The position numbers were made by a program, and so were the translations under genes. Of a stretch of 64,000 nucleotides of DNA, positions 12,601 to 25,310 are shown one piece after another. This DNA is from Octopus vulgaris (Eukaryota). The notes beneath the pieces were generated by a model, which saw only the letters and a list, made by a program, of their open reading frames with translations, did not search any database and was not told where the DNA came from. Position 1 is the stretch's first letter; every line of letters begins with the position of its first letter. The stretch covers positions 102,858,001-102,922,000 of the forward strand of contig OX597814.1 of assembly GCA_951406725.2 (NCBI GenBank), read 5' to 3'.

Positions 12601-13790
12601 GCTTTCTCCGGGTCAAGGAATGTCAAATAAAATGGTTTACATTTAGCTATTTCTGAAGTTGTCTTACTGGGAAGATGGCATCATTGGAATTCATTATTGC
12701 ACAAAACCAAACTGCAGTTCATCTAGTCTAAATCTGTTCCACATTAATCTATAATAATAAATGCCAAAATGAATTTCTGTGTGTCAGTGTGCCACACTTT
12801 GACACCCCCTCTCATTATTCAATGACACTTCTTCTTCTCCTCTTTCTGGGGTGAGAGTAATAGTAGGCATAGAGAAGGTGAGGGCAGTAGTAGATTGACA
12901 GTTGAGATGGTAACAGGGTGATAGTAATAGTATCAGCTGTGGTGGTGGTAGCTGAGGCAGTCAAGCATGACAGTGAAGTCAAAGGTGTTGATGGTGGTGG
13001 CGTGAGAAGTCTGAATGGTGTGTGTATGGCAGTTGTGGCGATGGTGATGGTTGAAAACAATCAACAGAAAGAAAGAGAGAGAGAGAGAAATGTTAGGCAG
13101 AAAAAAAAATTGTACTGATGACTTCCCTACCCCCGAATGTTGTCTATCATGAAGCTTTGCAATAAGTCCAAGCCCCCCATATTATATCATTGTTTTGATG
13201 AAAATTGTTCATTGCTTGAAAAAATATTAGTCAAATTTAATATGTACTATATGCATGAAGTGTCATTATAGGGCTCTAGACCCAATAAAGAGCCCTCAGC
13301 CACCCAAAGCTGGCTGGGCCCGCAACTCTCTTGGGAAGTTTCATGACCTGGTCCAGTAATTTGATACCTCTGTAATTCTAATGTCTCTCCTTTATTCTTG
13401 TAACAGCTGATTATAATGCTGCTACATCAGTCATTGGGGGATGACACCTTCTAGTATAACCTGATTATAACTATATAGATGACTAGGTTGTATGCTACTC
13501 TGTCAGATATTTTAAGCATCTTAGTGGTGATTCCTGTTGGAATCATATTGGAACCATTGGAGTAGAGTTGTTGCAAGATGCATAAAAAAACAGTCAGCTG
13601 AACTCAGAGTTGTCAAGTGGTACCCAAGAGCTCAGAAAAGCCTGCTTGGGAGGTTACCATGATAATGGGAAAATGATTTAATTAAATGGCTTGTGCCAAG
13701 ATGGAAAGGAAGAGTGCTATTAAGAAAGAGTTGGAAATGCATTGTGACCAACGATCTATATAGCAACATCTAGTAGTCAGGTGATATATA

Positions 13791-14175
13791 GAGCTCATGG
13801 TTGTGTGGTAAGAAATTTGCATTCCAGCCACATGGTTTCTGTTTCAGTCCCACTGTATGACACCTTGGGCAAGTATCTTCTTCTATTGCCTTGAGCCTTT
13901 CAAAGCCCTGTAAGTGGATTTGGTAGATGGAAACTGAAAGAAGCTTATCGTGAATATGTTACTGTCTCTTACCTTGACTTTGTGTGATGGTTGTAGCCAT
14001 GTATGACTGTCATACAAGCAGTATTCCACATTTCAATCTCCTGTGTAAATGTGTCTGGTCATAGGGAAATATTACTTGGAAACAGGTGATGGTTGACAAT
14101 AGGAATGGCATCCAGCCATTGAAAATCTGACTCATGTGAGCATAGAGAAGTGGATGTGAAATGTTGGTGATGGTG
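13791..14175 (+). mobile_element. tRNA-derived SINE (older copy)
   Basis: tggttgtgtggtaag and gtttcagtccc boxes; same body as 11265. Confidence 0.8.
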
Positions 14176-15196
14176 GTAGCAGAACTGCACTTATTTATCT
14201 CTCCCTCCCTTGAAGCACTTTCTTTGTCTTGTGTTGTCAGTGTCCTTCCATATCACTTTATTTTTCATTGAATTCTCTGTTCACCCCTCTTTTTCCCTTA
14301 TACACCCTCTTATTTTGCCATAGCTCCTCCCCCCATTACCCCTGTTCATCTACTTTTTTCAACCCTATGTACCTCTGACTTTGTCACTGGCACTCCACAC
14401 ACTTCAATCATCTGTACTTCCACCTATTACCTCCCTGACCAACTATTTCCACCTTCCCTGCTAAACTGATATTTATGATTGGCCATGCCTTCAGCCATAT
14501 TCACCATTTACTATGCTCCCCTCCATCCCCATCTCTAACCATCTGCTACTTTCCTTTCATACTTTCATGAACCTACCCACTCACTTTACTTAATCCTCTA
14601 TACCATTTATATTCATCTTCATATAACTTGAGGGTATGCTCTGACACCTCTTCACCACTATCTTTCTCTTTTGCAACTGAGGTAACCATGTACTTTCTCC
14701 CCTACGACAAGGCATCTGTTCCTGTCCTCCATTCATGCTTTAACCTCTTGTTTCTTGACATAAAGCCACCTCCCTCAAAATTTTACCCTCTTAGTTTAGA
14801 GGTCTTGTTAGTTACCTGTTGACTTTACTGGTACCAATGCTATGTAAAAAGTACCTGCTGGGAGCTGATTAGCATTAGGAAGGGTAATGCCAGAGCAAAC
14901 AGCCATAGAAACCATGCCAAAGTCGACATTACAGCTTGGTCCTCTGGCTTGCCAGCTCCTGTTGAACCATTCAGCCCATTCCAGTATGGAAATGGACATT
15001 AAATGGCCATGATATATAAACTTATATAAAATTTGTGTGTTTGTATATTCCCCCTCTTGGGCAATGTTGGGTGCATCTGCTAATCTAAGCTAATGTTCTT
15101 CCTAATCAGTCATGCTATAACTTCCCCTCTGATTTTCATGACTTGTCCTTTTCAGTTTTGATGATTTTAATAGATTAATTTGATTTTTTCATGTAG

Positions 15197-15427
15197 GAAT
15201 ATGAACAACTTACAAACAAAATTCATGATTTCCAATTAAAAGAGCAGCAGCTGTTAGATAAAGTGATTATTCCGTCAAGTGAAACTGAAGATGAAGATGA
15301 TGATGAAGAAGAAGAAGAAAAGTTACCTTCGCCTACAAATAGTTCCACATCTAGTCCAAAGCTCCCATTGAAATCTCCTGTCAGATCTACTATAAAGGTA
15401 TTACTCCCTAATGCACAATTCACTCGG
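15197..15427 (+). CDS. BRAF: RAF kinase exon, BRS end, acidic linker and start of the RBD
   Basis: atgtag| EYEQLTNKIHDFQLKEQQLLDK...KSPVRSTIKVLLPNAQFTR |gtaagt. Matches human [20 protein letters not shown]...IVRVFLPNKQRTV. 231 nt, phase 0-0. Confidence 0.95.
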
Positions 15428-15692
15428 GTAAGTCAACTTTTTTTGGTTTGAGATTTTTATTTTTGTTCTCATAATAAAGATATAATAAACTGCTACTTAA
15501 AGGAGGTCCTGTTAGTTTCACACAATGTGCTGAAGAGATAAAGGTTTTTATGAAATGTAAGAGCGATCAATAATATAAAACACATATTGCTAATTTAGTT
15601 TCTCTCACTCTTTCACAAAACAATTTGTCTCATATATTAGTGTAACTTTTAAAAAGTGCTAATTGGGAGCATATGTTTTTAAAATTTATTTG

Positions 15693-16471
15693 GGATCTTT
15701 TCTTTTTGAATGGCACATGTCAACACAATTTCTAGTTAACTAAACACTTTAAAACTTCGTATACTGGTAGAATGTGTCAAAATAAAACATTTTTTCTCTT
15801 GGCTTTCTTGAGAAAATTGTAATTTGTTTGTTTAACGTAGTTTAATTTTTTGAATTTTAACCAATGAATCGCCTCTAGTGAGCTAAAATCATTTGATGTG
15901 TCTAAAACTGAGACAACATCCTGTCACTAACCCTAACCTCACCCTCACCCTAAATTTTAACCTTTCGTATTTTTATTCTTAATTGTTAAATTAATGTAAT
16001 TGTTACGCGTGTGTCTAAAATTATTCGTTTTGATTTTGCTTTAGCCTTTCGTTATGTATACGTACGGAAAGCGTGTGTATAAAATTATAGAATTATTTTG
16101 TTTGTTAATTGTTTAAATTATTTTCCATTGCTTTCGTTTTAGCCATTCATTTTTTTTTTCTTAATTGTTATCCTTAAATTAATTTAACAAGAAAAAAAAT
16201 AAGAAAGGCTAAAATTTAGGGTGAGGTTAGGGTTAGTGACAGGATGTTGTCTCAGTTTTAGATGCAGCAAATGATTTTGCTCAATTAGAGGCAATTGATT
16301 GGTTAAAATTCGAAAAATTAAACTATGTTAAACAAACGAATTACAATTTTCTCAAGAAAGCCAAGAGAAAAAAATGTTTTATTTTGACACATTCTACCAG
16401 TATACGAAGTTTTAAAGTGTTTAGTTAACTAGAAATTGTGTTGACATGTGCCGTTCAAAAGGAAAAGATCC
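15693..16471. mobile_element. Foldback/MITE-like element with ~300-bp terminal inverted repeats and 8-bp TSD
   Basis: Begins GGATCTTTT and ends AAAAGATCC, flanked by the direct repeat TTTATTTG (15685-15692, 16472-16479). Arms ~15693-15997 and ~16176-16471 are reverse complements. Confidence 0.92.
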
Positions 16472-18069
16472 TTTATTTGAATCAAACTAATACTGCTCTA
16501 AGATTATCTCACAATGGATTTTACTGTAAAGGAAAAAATGAAGTTGGGGAAACAGTTAAATGTTGGAAGAAATCTACATTCAAGCAACTACTGTATTAGT
16601 CATACAAAACTAACTGTAGATAATAGGTGTACAAGACAGAGTGGCTAATATTACATTAATTCTATCACCTTTCAAAAATATAGTACATGATGAGGTTATA
16701 AAGTGTTGAATAAATTCTATGTTGGAGAGAAATGAAATATCTTATGATCACTTTGTAGCATGTGGAAAAGTACCACATGTTAATATAATGCTTTGTCAAG
16801 ATAACTTTTCATTGTAAATGAAAATGAACGAGTGAAGACAGTAGAATATTAACTTTGCTCATGTAATTAACTAACAATGAAACTTGTCAGGGGTGTAGTT
16901 TGTCAAGGGTTTCACTAATGGAATATCTTTCAGGCCTCCATATTTACTCCATACTTTTAAGCAATTTTCCATTTAACAAACAATTTTTAAAATACAAATT
17001 TATTTTCTTGATTTGTGCACCAGATGCAAATGAAAGAAAAATGTTTAAAAAGCAAATGGATTTATATTTATGCCACGACTTTTATACATCTATTAGTTGG
17101 ATTGCAGATGTTTTATCTCTAAATTCTTTTTATTTTGCTCTTTTGTTCCTTTTCCCAAAGAATGTAATTATTTATAAGGCTTGCCAGCCACAACAGAATC
17201 GATAATCCTAAAACCAAGGTATCACATAAAACAACATTGGTGTGGATGCTGGTTCCACATAAAAAGCACTGGTGATGGTGCCGCATAGAAAGCACCCAGT
17301 CCACACTCTGTAAAGTGTTTGGCGTTAGGAAGGGCATCCAGCTGTTGAAACCAAGCCAAAATCAGCTATGAAATCCACTGTGGCCCCTGGCCTTGCCGAT
17401 TCCTATCAGACCATCCAAACCATGCTAGCATGGAAACCATGATAATGATGATGATTGACAACAACTACATTAGAAATGCTGTTCCTATAGAGAGACTTTA
17501 TTTCTTGGTACTTTCTAAGTATTAAGGTTCTGATTTTCCAGGCTTTTATCCTTACCATTAGAGCTTGTATTTACATTTATGTTTCAATGATTTACACAGT
17601 CCCAGATTGAGTCTGAATTAACGAGGATGTTCTTATCCATAGTTGTTAAGAAAGGATTTGCCAAGTGCCTACAGTGTCATACAAAAGCCCAATCTGCTAC
17701 ACATGAAGCAGATTATAAAGTTGAAATGAGTCACTTCAAAAAATATATTCCTTTATAAGAGATCTCAGCCTAGCATATAATGGCTGCAGCTATCATGCTC
17801 TAGTAGAAAGTTACTGCAAATGTCTGCATGACGTGTGCATGCATTCACACACACACACACACATGTGGCTGCTGAAAAGTTCCTGGCTTTAAGGGTATTG
17901 TGAAAAGCCTGGTTGGAGGCCCAACCTTGAGTCCTTTCACAGTGTTTAGAAAAACTGAAGAACTGCTGCAATAAGCCTATGATTCTGAGAGGAATATGTC
18001 GAATAAAATCATAACTAACTGATCTTGTTTGTTTTCCTTTGCTCAAAGCCAGAAATTTTTCAGCACCCC

Positions 18070-18072
<3 letters not shown>

Positions 18073-18139
<67 letters not shown>
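18073..18139. repeat. (AT)n microsatellite
   Basis: Perfect AT run. Similar runs near 5361, 10880, 37954, 49605 and 58636. Confidence 0.95.
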
Positions 18140-18141
<2 letters not shown>

Positions 18142-18394
18142 CATTATCGTCATCATTTAATGTCCATTTTCCATGCTGGCATGGGTTGGACAGTTTGACT
18201 GAAGACTGGCAAGCCAGTAGGCTGCACCAAGCTCCAATCTGATCTGGCAAGGTTTCCACAGCTGGATGCCCTTCTTATGCCAACTACTCCAAGAGTGTAG
18301 GGGTTACTTTTTACATGTCATCTGTGTGTGTGTGTGTGTGTATGTGTATATACATATACACACACACATACACATGTGTATGTATACATGTGGT

Positions 18395-18429
<35 letters not shown>

Positions 18430-18433
<4 letters not shown>

Positions 18434-19445
18434 AACACAACAAATATTAAGAAAACAGATTCCATCACATGCCAGGGGGAGAAACTAGAAGTAGTTGATA
18501 GCTTCCGCTACCTAGGTGACAATGTCTGTCGTGGGGGTAGATGCTCAGAGAGTGTTACCACTAGAATAAGAATAGCCTGAGCAAAGTTCAGAAAGCTTCT
18601 ACCCCTACTGGTGGCAAAGAGCCTCTCTCAAAGTGAAAGGTAGATTGTATGATGCTTGTGCATGAACTGCCATGCTTGACAGAAGTGAAAACACGCCATG
18701 ACTGCTGAAGACATGCATAGGTTCAAAAGAAATGAAGCCAGCATGATGCGCTGGATGTGTAATGTCAGTGTGCACACATGACAGAGTGTAAGTACCCTGA
18801 GAGAAATGTTGAACATAAGAAGCATCAGATGTGGTGTGCAAGAGAGACATTTGCATTGGTATGGTCATGTACTATGGATGGATGAGGAGAACTGTGTGAA
18901 GAAGTGCCACTCCCAAACAGCTGGAGGAATCCAGAGAGAGGTAGACCCAGGAAGACATAGGATGAAGTGGTGAAGCATGACCTTCGAACGTTGGGCCTCA
19001 TAGACGCAATGACAAAAAACTGAGACCTCTAGAGATGAGAAGATCCAGCAAATAAAGTGAGTTCACAGCTGTAACCTACACCAGTGTTGCATAACCAGTC
19101 CACTCAAAAAGTATCTTGGATCGTAGGGTGACATGCTGTGTTTGAGGAGACCTATTGAGTCAAGTACATCAAAATCAAATTGAAATTGTAGTTGTGGTCC
19201 CCATGCCGGTGGCACATAAAAAGCACCATCCGATCGTGGTTGATGCCAGTCCCCTCTGGCCTCTGTGCCGGTGGCATGTAAAAAAAGCACCCACTACACT
19301 CTCGGAGTGGTTGGTGTTAGGAAGGGCATTCAGCTGTAGAAACACTGCCAGATCAGACTGGAGCCCGGTGCAGCCTCTTGGCTTCCCAGTCGAACCATTC
19401 AACCCGTGCCAGCATGGAAAACGGACATTAAATGATGATGATGAT
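18430..19445 (+). mobile_element. RTE LINE 3' end including UTR and GAT tail
   Basis: KTDSITCQGEKLEVVDSFRYLGD..RIRIA, continuing through GRPRKT into the 3' UTR repeat. Confidence 0.9.
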
Positions 19446-19829
19446 ATATATACACACACAAGAATATCTCTTTCTTTTGGAAAGGCACACATACACACAC
19501 AGCAGTAACTCCTGCCTACCGAATTCAATCACAAAGCTCCGGTCGGCTCGGGGCTATAGCGGAAGACACCTACCCAAAGTGCCACGCAGTGGGACTGAAC
19601 CCAAAACCATGATATATAAATGCATTATCATCATAACCATCCTTTAATATTTGTTTTCCATGCTGGTATGATTTTGACCTGAACTGGCAAGCTGCACCAG
19701 GTTCCAGTCTGATTTGACTTGGTTTCTACAGTTGGGTGTTTCTAACATGCCACCATTATTGGTGCTGTAACACTGGCAATAGTACTTTTTACACAGCACA
19801 TGTACACACACGTACACACATACACCGTC

Positions 19830-20725
19830 TTTATCATTTAGTGTCCACTTTCCATGTTGGCATGGGTTGGACGGTTTGACTGAAAACTGGTAAGCTGGGA
19901 AGTTCCAATCTGATTTGGGATGATTTCTATAGCTGGATGCCCTTCCTGATGCCAACCACTGCAAGAGTGTAGTGGGTGCTTCTTACATGCAACCAGCATG
20001 GGTGGCAGTTGTGTAACACTGGCATCAGCCACAGTTATGATCTCACTTGGCTTGACAGGTCTTCTCAAGCACAGCACTGTATATTGCCAAGGGTCTCTAT
20101 GAAGCCCAACTTTTGAAGGGTGCTTTTTATGTGCCACTGGCATGGGTGCCAGTTACCCAAAACTGGCATCGGCTACAACTACGATTTCACTTGGCTTGAC
20201 GAATCTTCTCAAATATGGCATTTTGCCAAAGGTCTCAGTCACTCGTCATTGCCTCTGTGAGGCCCAACGCACAAAGATCATGCTTCACCACCTCATCCCA
20301 TGTTTTTCTGGGTCTACCTCTTCCACCAGTCCCCTTCATTATAGATCAACCCTTCTTCACACCGCTGTCCTCATTCATACACATCACAGGACAATACCAG
20401 CACAGTCATCTCTCTTGCACACCACATCTGATACCTCTTATGCCCAACTTTTCTCTCAAGATGCTTACGCTCTGTTGTTCATGCACACTGACATTGCACA
20501 TCCAGCAAAGCATACTAGATTCATTTCTTTCAAGTTCATGCATGTCCCCAGCGATCACAGCCCATGTTTCACTGCCAAGTAGCATGGCTGTTTGCACACA
20601 GGGCTCATACTATCTGCCTTTCACTCTGAGGTAGAAGTTCTCTGAACATTGTCCAATCTATTCTTATTCTAGCAGCTACACTTTCAGAGCTTACACTTGG
20701 TCACCTAGGTATTAGGGGCTATCAT
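19830..20725 (-). mobile_element. RTE LINE 3' end
   Basis: MLLGSETWAVIAGDMHELERNESSMLCWMC..LREKLGIRGIRCGVQER plus the UTR repeat. Confidence 0.88.
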
Positions 20726-21826
20726 ATATACATACACACAACCTCATGTATCCTCCTCCAAAATGGAGATGAGTACCAACACTTTCATGTGGCATTCATA
20801 AGCAGTTGTGAAGATCCTTCACAAATGCAGTGTTGAGCACTCGTTCTCACTGTTTGATATTTGTGTGTGTGTGTGGAATATAACATAATGTCCTATGCAT
20901 TTGTAGATCTTCTGAAGTGACTGAGGCTAATATTACAAAAAATTATAATCTTAGCTAGAACAACTTTGAATTATAGAAATTTAATCCAAGGAATTGTTTG
21001 TATGTTCAGAGTAATGAAAGGTTGCCTTTATCTCAGATTAAATAATCCCTTGAGCAATAAAATAGTTTATAAAAGTGATTGGGAAATATTGTTGATGTTA
21101 TCTCATCATCATCATTTAACATCTGTTTTCCATGCTGGCGTGGGTTGGACAGTTTGACAAGAGTTGGCAAGCCGGAGAGCTGCACCAGGCTCCAGCTGCC
21201 TGTTTTGGCATGGTTTCTATGGTTGGATGCCCTTCCTAATACCAACCACTATCAACTATACTACTACTAGAACCAAAAATAAAGCATTATCATCTGTTCT
21301 TTGTATGATCTACATCATCATTTTACATCTACTTTCCATACCAGCATGGGTTGGACAGGTCATCTCAGTCCAAGTCACTTCATATTCATAATTATTGTTT
21401 CCCTAGATGGATCAGGGGACCACATCTCACCAATGTTTAAAGAGTGTATTTTGTCCATTTATCTTTTCATAAGTGACAGTGAAGTTATCCTAATGAAAAT
21501 AGAATTAGTTGCATTTCTCTCTCTCTAATTCAATAAATTTTGAATGATAATATAACTTACTTGGCCATATTACCAATAAGCCTTGGATAATAGTAAACTT
21601 CAAAGAGTGGGGGACATCAAAATAATCTTAGTTGTAATAAGCTTGTAATAATCATTGATAATTTGATCACTAGTTAATTATAATGTTTTTGAGGTTGAAC
21701 ATGTTTATTTATTAAACTAACGTGTCTAATGCTTTACCAGCAATAACCTTTACATTTTGTAACCATTTTGTTGAATGATTACTCATCTGACTTATTGATT
21801 TTTTTTTTCTTCAACATTTGTTACAG

Positions 21827-21936
21827 GTTCATGTAAAACCAGGAGTAACCTTGAAAGGAAGTCTTGCTAAAGCTATGAAGTTGCGTGACTTTGAACCTGA
21901 CAGATGTTTGGTATTTATACAAAAGCCATGGCCCAG
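21827..21936 (+). CDS. BRAF: RAF kinase exon, Ras-binding domain
   Basis: ttacag| VHVKPGVTLKGSLAKAMKLRDFEPDRCLVFIQKPWP(R) |gttaga. Carries the RBD helix KAMKLR. Phase 0-2. Confidence 0.93.
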
Positions 21937-23139
21937 GTTAGATTTTTTTTTTTAAAGAAAACATTCTACATCTTAAAGTTATATAATATTTATTTACATA
22001 TCTTGTCACAATATAATGCAATATGATTGTTGCTTTGCAAATATTCCAAAATTTACAATAGTAATGATAATTTCTAACATAAACACAAGGTAGAGGTATA
22101 GTTGATATAATCATCATCATCATCATCCACTTCCATTTCCAGGGTTTCACACTCTCGAAGGAGGAACCCCTCTCCGGACTCCTTCCACTGCTGTCTGTCT
22201 CTGGCCAGTCATGGCCATGTAGGCCCCAGGTAGCAGGTGAGATCATCTCGCCATCTTGTCTTTGGTCGCCCTCTTGATCTTGTCCATTGTCTTGGTGTCC
22301 CTTCTGTCTCCCTGATTGTCCATTGGCTAGTTCCAACTTCTTGTCATCCCGCCACACAAATACATCAGTATGTTTGCTTTGTTTCTCATTTATTGAACCC
22401 TGCTGTTATCAACTGTATTCCCTTATGTTAAACAAAAGGCAATGTCCAGATAAACTCAAATTTGTTTTCTTTGCTTTTAGTTTTGTCTCATTTTATTCAA
22501 TAATATTTGCATTTTAAGTATGTCAAAACTACCCTATTCTTAATTCAATCTTAATTCGAATTGTGAAAGGACTGAGACAATTGGCAATTTGCAGTGCTTG
22601 AGAGGACCTGTCCAGCTAAGTAAAACTGAAGCCATAAAGCCATGTTCATACACACCCACCCCACAGACAATCTGTGTCTGACAAACCTCTTCCCCACATC
22701 CCGTCTTTCCAGCATTTCACCCTTCCTTTCTCCCATGTTCATTGTCCACTGTATACCCCTCCTCTCTATCTCCCACAACATATCCTCCTTACAATCTCTC
22801 TATTTCTGTTCACTCACTGCATTGCCACTCACCCTATTAAATCCTTGGTCCCGCTTATATGCACCTCCCTGAAACTTGAGTGTACCCCTTGTCACATCTT
22901 CACCCTCCCTTTTCTCTCACTCCTACTGAGGTAACCATGTATTTCCTTTACTGCCTGATACTTATTTCTGTCCCTCTACTCATACTGTGGCACACGGCCA
23001 CCTTTCTCAACACTACTCTCTCCCACAGATGAGGGATCTTGTCTTGTAAATTATTTAGTGACTTCAGTGCTGCTGCTGCTGCTTGTGCAATGTAAAAAGC
23101 CTCCAGTACACCCAGTAAAGCAGTTGGCATTAGTAAGCC

Positions 23140-25310
23140 AGAAAGGCAGATGCTCACAATTGTTAAGTCTCCCAGTTGAAGAGTGTACACCCCAACATAG
23201 GCTACTAGTTAGTGACTTCAGAATTAGAGCTAGAAAGATCAATTGATTAGGAATAGAATTAAACTAGATGAGATGCAGTTTGGTTTTGTACTTGTGAGGA
23301 GTGAGACAGTTGGGGGGAAAAGTATTTGGCTAAAAGTAAGCTATTGTACATAGCGTTTGTCAACCTGGAGAAAGCTTTTGACAGAGTAGCCCACTGTTAT
23401 CTGGTAGTTTCTAAGGAAGCTAGGAGTACAGGAGTGACTTGTTAGAGCTGTACAAGCCATGTACAGTGGTGCTGTCAGTAAGGTGAGTTGGCCATGAATA
23501 CAGTGATGAATTTAGTGCTCAAGTAGAGGTTCACCAGGGCACAGCTCTCAGTCCACTCCTCTTATCCATCACTAGCAGTACTGCCCAGTTCTATGCACGC
23601 GCAAATTAAGCTAAACTTGGATGAAGTTCAATCAAAATTCAATTATTTTGGTTTTAAAATCAAGCATTTAATGCCCTCTATTTTTGCACTTATGTGTTCC
23701 ATTTCCGCAATAGGAAGTACGTAGAAGCGTTTCATAAATTTTTGTTGATCAAATAATTGCATTGTTGAATTATTCTTTTAGATCAGTATTTCTTAATGAG
23801 GATTTTAGGGGAGAGTTTCAGGGAGTCGCTGGCGATGTATCGTGATGATCAAAAATCCGGCCTGCTAAAATTTGGTTAAAGTGATTCAAACTGCAGACTC
23901 AATGCAAAATGGTCACATTTAATTCAAATTTTATGAAAACAATTGGTATGTGTTCACAAAGTCCAAACGATTAATACAGAAAAATCCCTCCAGGCTACAT
24001 CCTGAAAATTCATTTCTTTGCCGAATTTCTACAACGTTTATGGTGATTCGTTTTTATATCTTGATTTTTTTTATTTTTCATGCAATTTACACATGCTTGC
24101 ACGCGTGGTGAACACAGTTCACGTCAAACAGCTGACTGAGTAAAGTTCACTATTCAATGCATGGAATAAGGCCTAAACAAACACATTATCGATTTTTGTA
24201 CTTGCAAGATGATTTCGGAACAGAAATAGCGCAGTTCAATTTTCATTCACCTAAATTTTAAGTGACCTATTTTTGGTGGTTCTACGATTTGTTGGCTAGG
24301 AGATGTGCCGGGAAGTTAAACACATAGGCACACACACAGACACACAAGTTGAGTTATATATATATAGATTAGTCCTCCAGGTCATAACAAAGGAATTCAA
24401 AACTGGATGTCTGTAGTAGAATTGGAAAAGAAATTTCAGGTGTGGAAGCAAAATCTGGATTCAAAGACCTTGAAGTTAACCTAGTTGTTGTTAGCAAGAA
24501 AGCAAATAAGTCTCTCTTTCTGTCAGGTAAATGGCCTAGCTCAGTATGTAGGAAAGGAGTTGGAAGTGATTCCTTTTGCTACACCCAGTGTAAGCTATGG
24601 ACACATAAGTGATGCAGTAGAATCATAGATAGATTAACAGATAAAGTCATATGTGACAGATGTGCAAGAACAATAAGCACTAAGGACACACAGGACTTAG
24701 ACTCTCTCAAATGCCCAGGAGGTTTTCTTAAGGTTGTAAATAGTTTCTGTTACCTAGGTGACCAAATTAGCAATGATGGTGGATACTCTGAAAGTATTGT
24801 TTCTAGAATAAGAATAGGATGGAGGAAGTTCAGAGAACTTTTACCTCTGTTGGCAACTAAAAGACTCTGTCTCAGAATAAAAGATAGATTGTATGATGCT
24901 TGTGTACAAACAGCTATATTCCATGGTAGTGAGACATGGACTTTGAATGCAGAGGACATGCTTAGACTAGAGAGGAATAAAGGCATTATGCTCTGATGGA
25001 TGTGCAGCATTAGTGTACATGAATGACAAAGTGCAAATGTATTGAGAGAAAAGTTGGGCATAAGAGGAATCAAATGCACCATGCAAGAGAGAAGACTATG
25101 TTGGTTTGGACATGTAATGCGTATGAATGAAGACAGCTGTATAAAAAAGTGCCACTAAAAGTGGACAGTACCTGTGGAAGAGGGAGACCCAAGAAGACAG
25201 GACGAAGTGGTGAGGATTGATCTCAAGATGTTAGAACTTACGGAAGAAATAATAATGGACTGAGATATCTGGCAATATGAGGTTTTGGAGAAGACCCATC
25301 TGCATCAGTG
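23140..25310 (+). mobile_element. RTE LINE RT fragment interrupted by a Helitron-like insertion
   Basis: AFVNLEKAFDRV..VHQGTALSPLL before 23571, resuming with VLQVITKEFKTGC after 24369. Confidence 0.85.
23572..24368 (-). mobile_element. Non-autonomous Helitron-like element
   Basis: Minus strand starts TCtatatatatataactcaacttgtgtg and ends gggcagtactgCTAG. Inserted between A and T with no clear TSD. The 5' ~400 bp are nearly identical to 58660-59058. Confidence 0.8.

Noticed and set aside
12815-13118. Thr-rich / Val-rich ORFs
   Set aside because: Low-complexity GGT/GAT repeat DNA with no splice or homology support.
15928-16236. Interstitial telomere or chromosome-fusion site (TAACCC...GGGTTA)
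   Set aside because: Only 2-4 degenerate units per side, and they are part of the TIRs of a TSD-bounded element.
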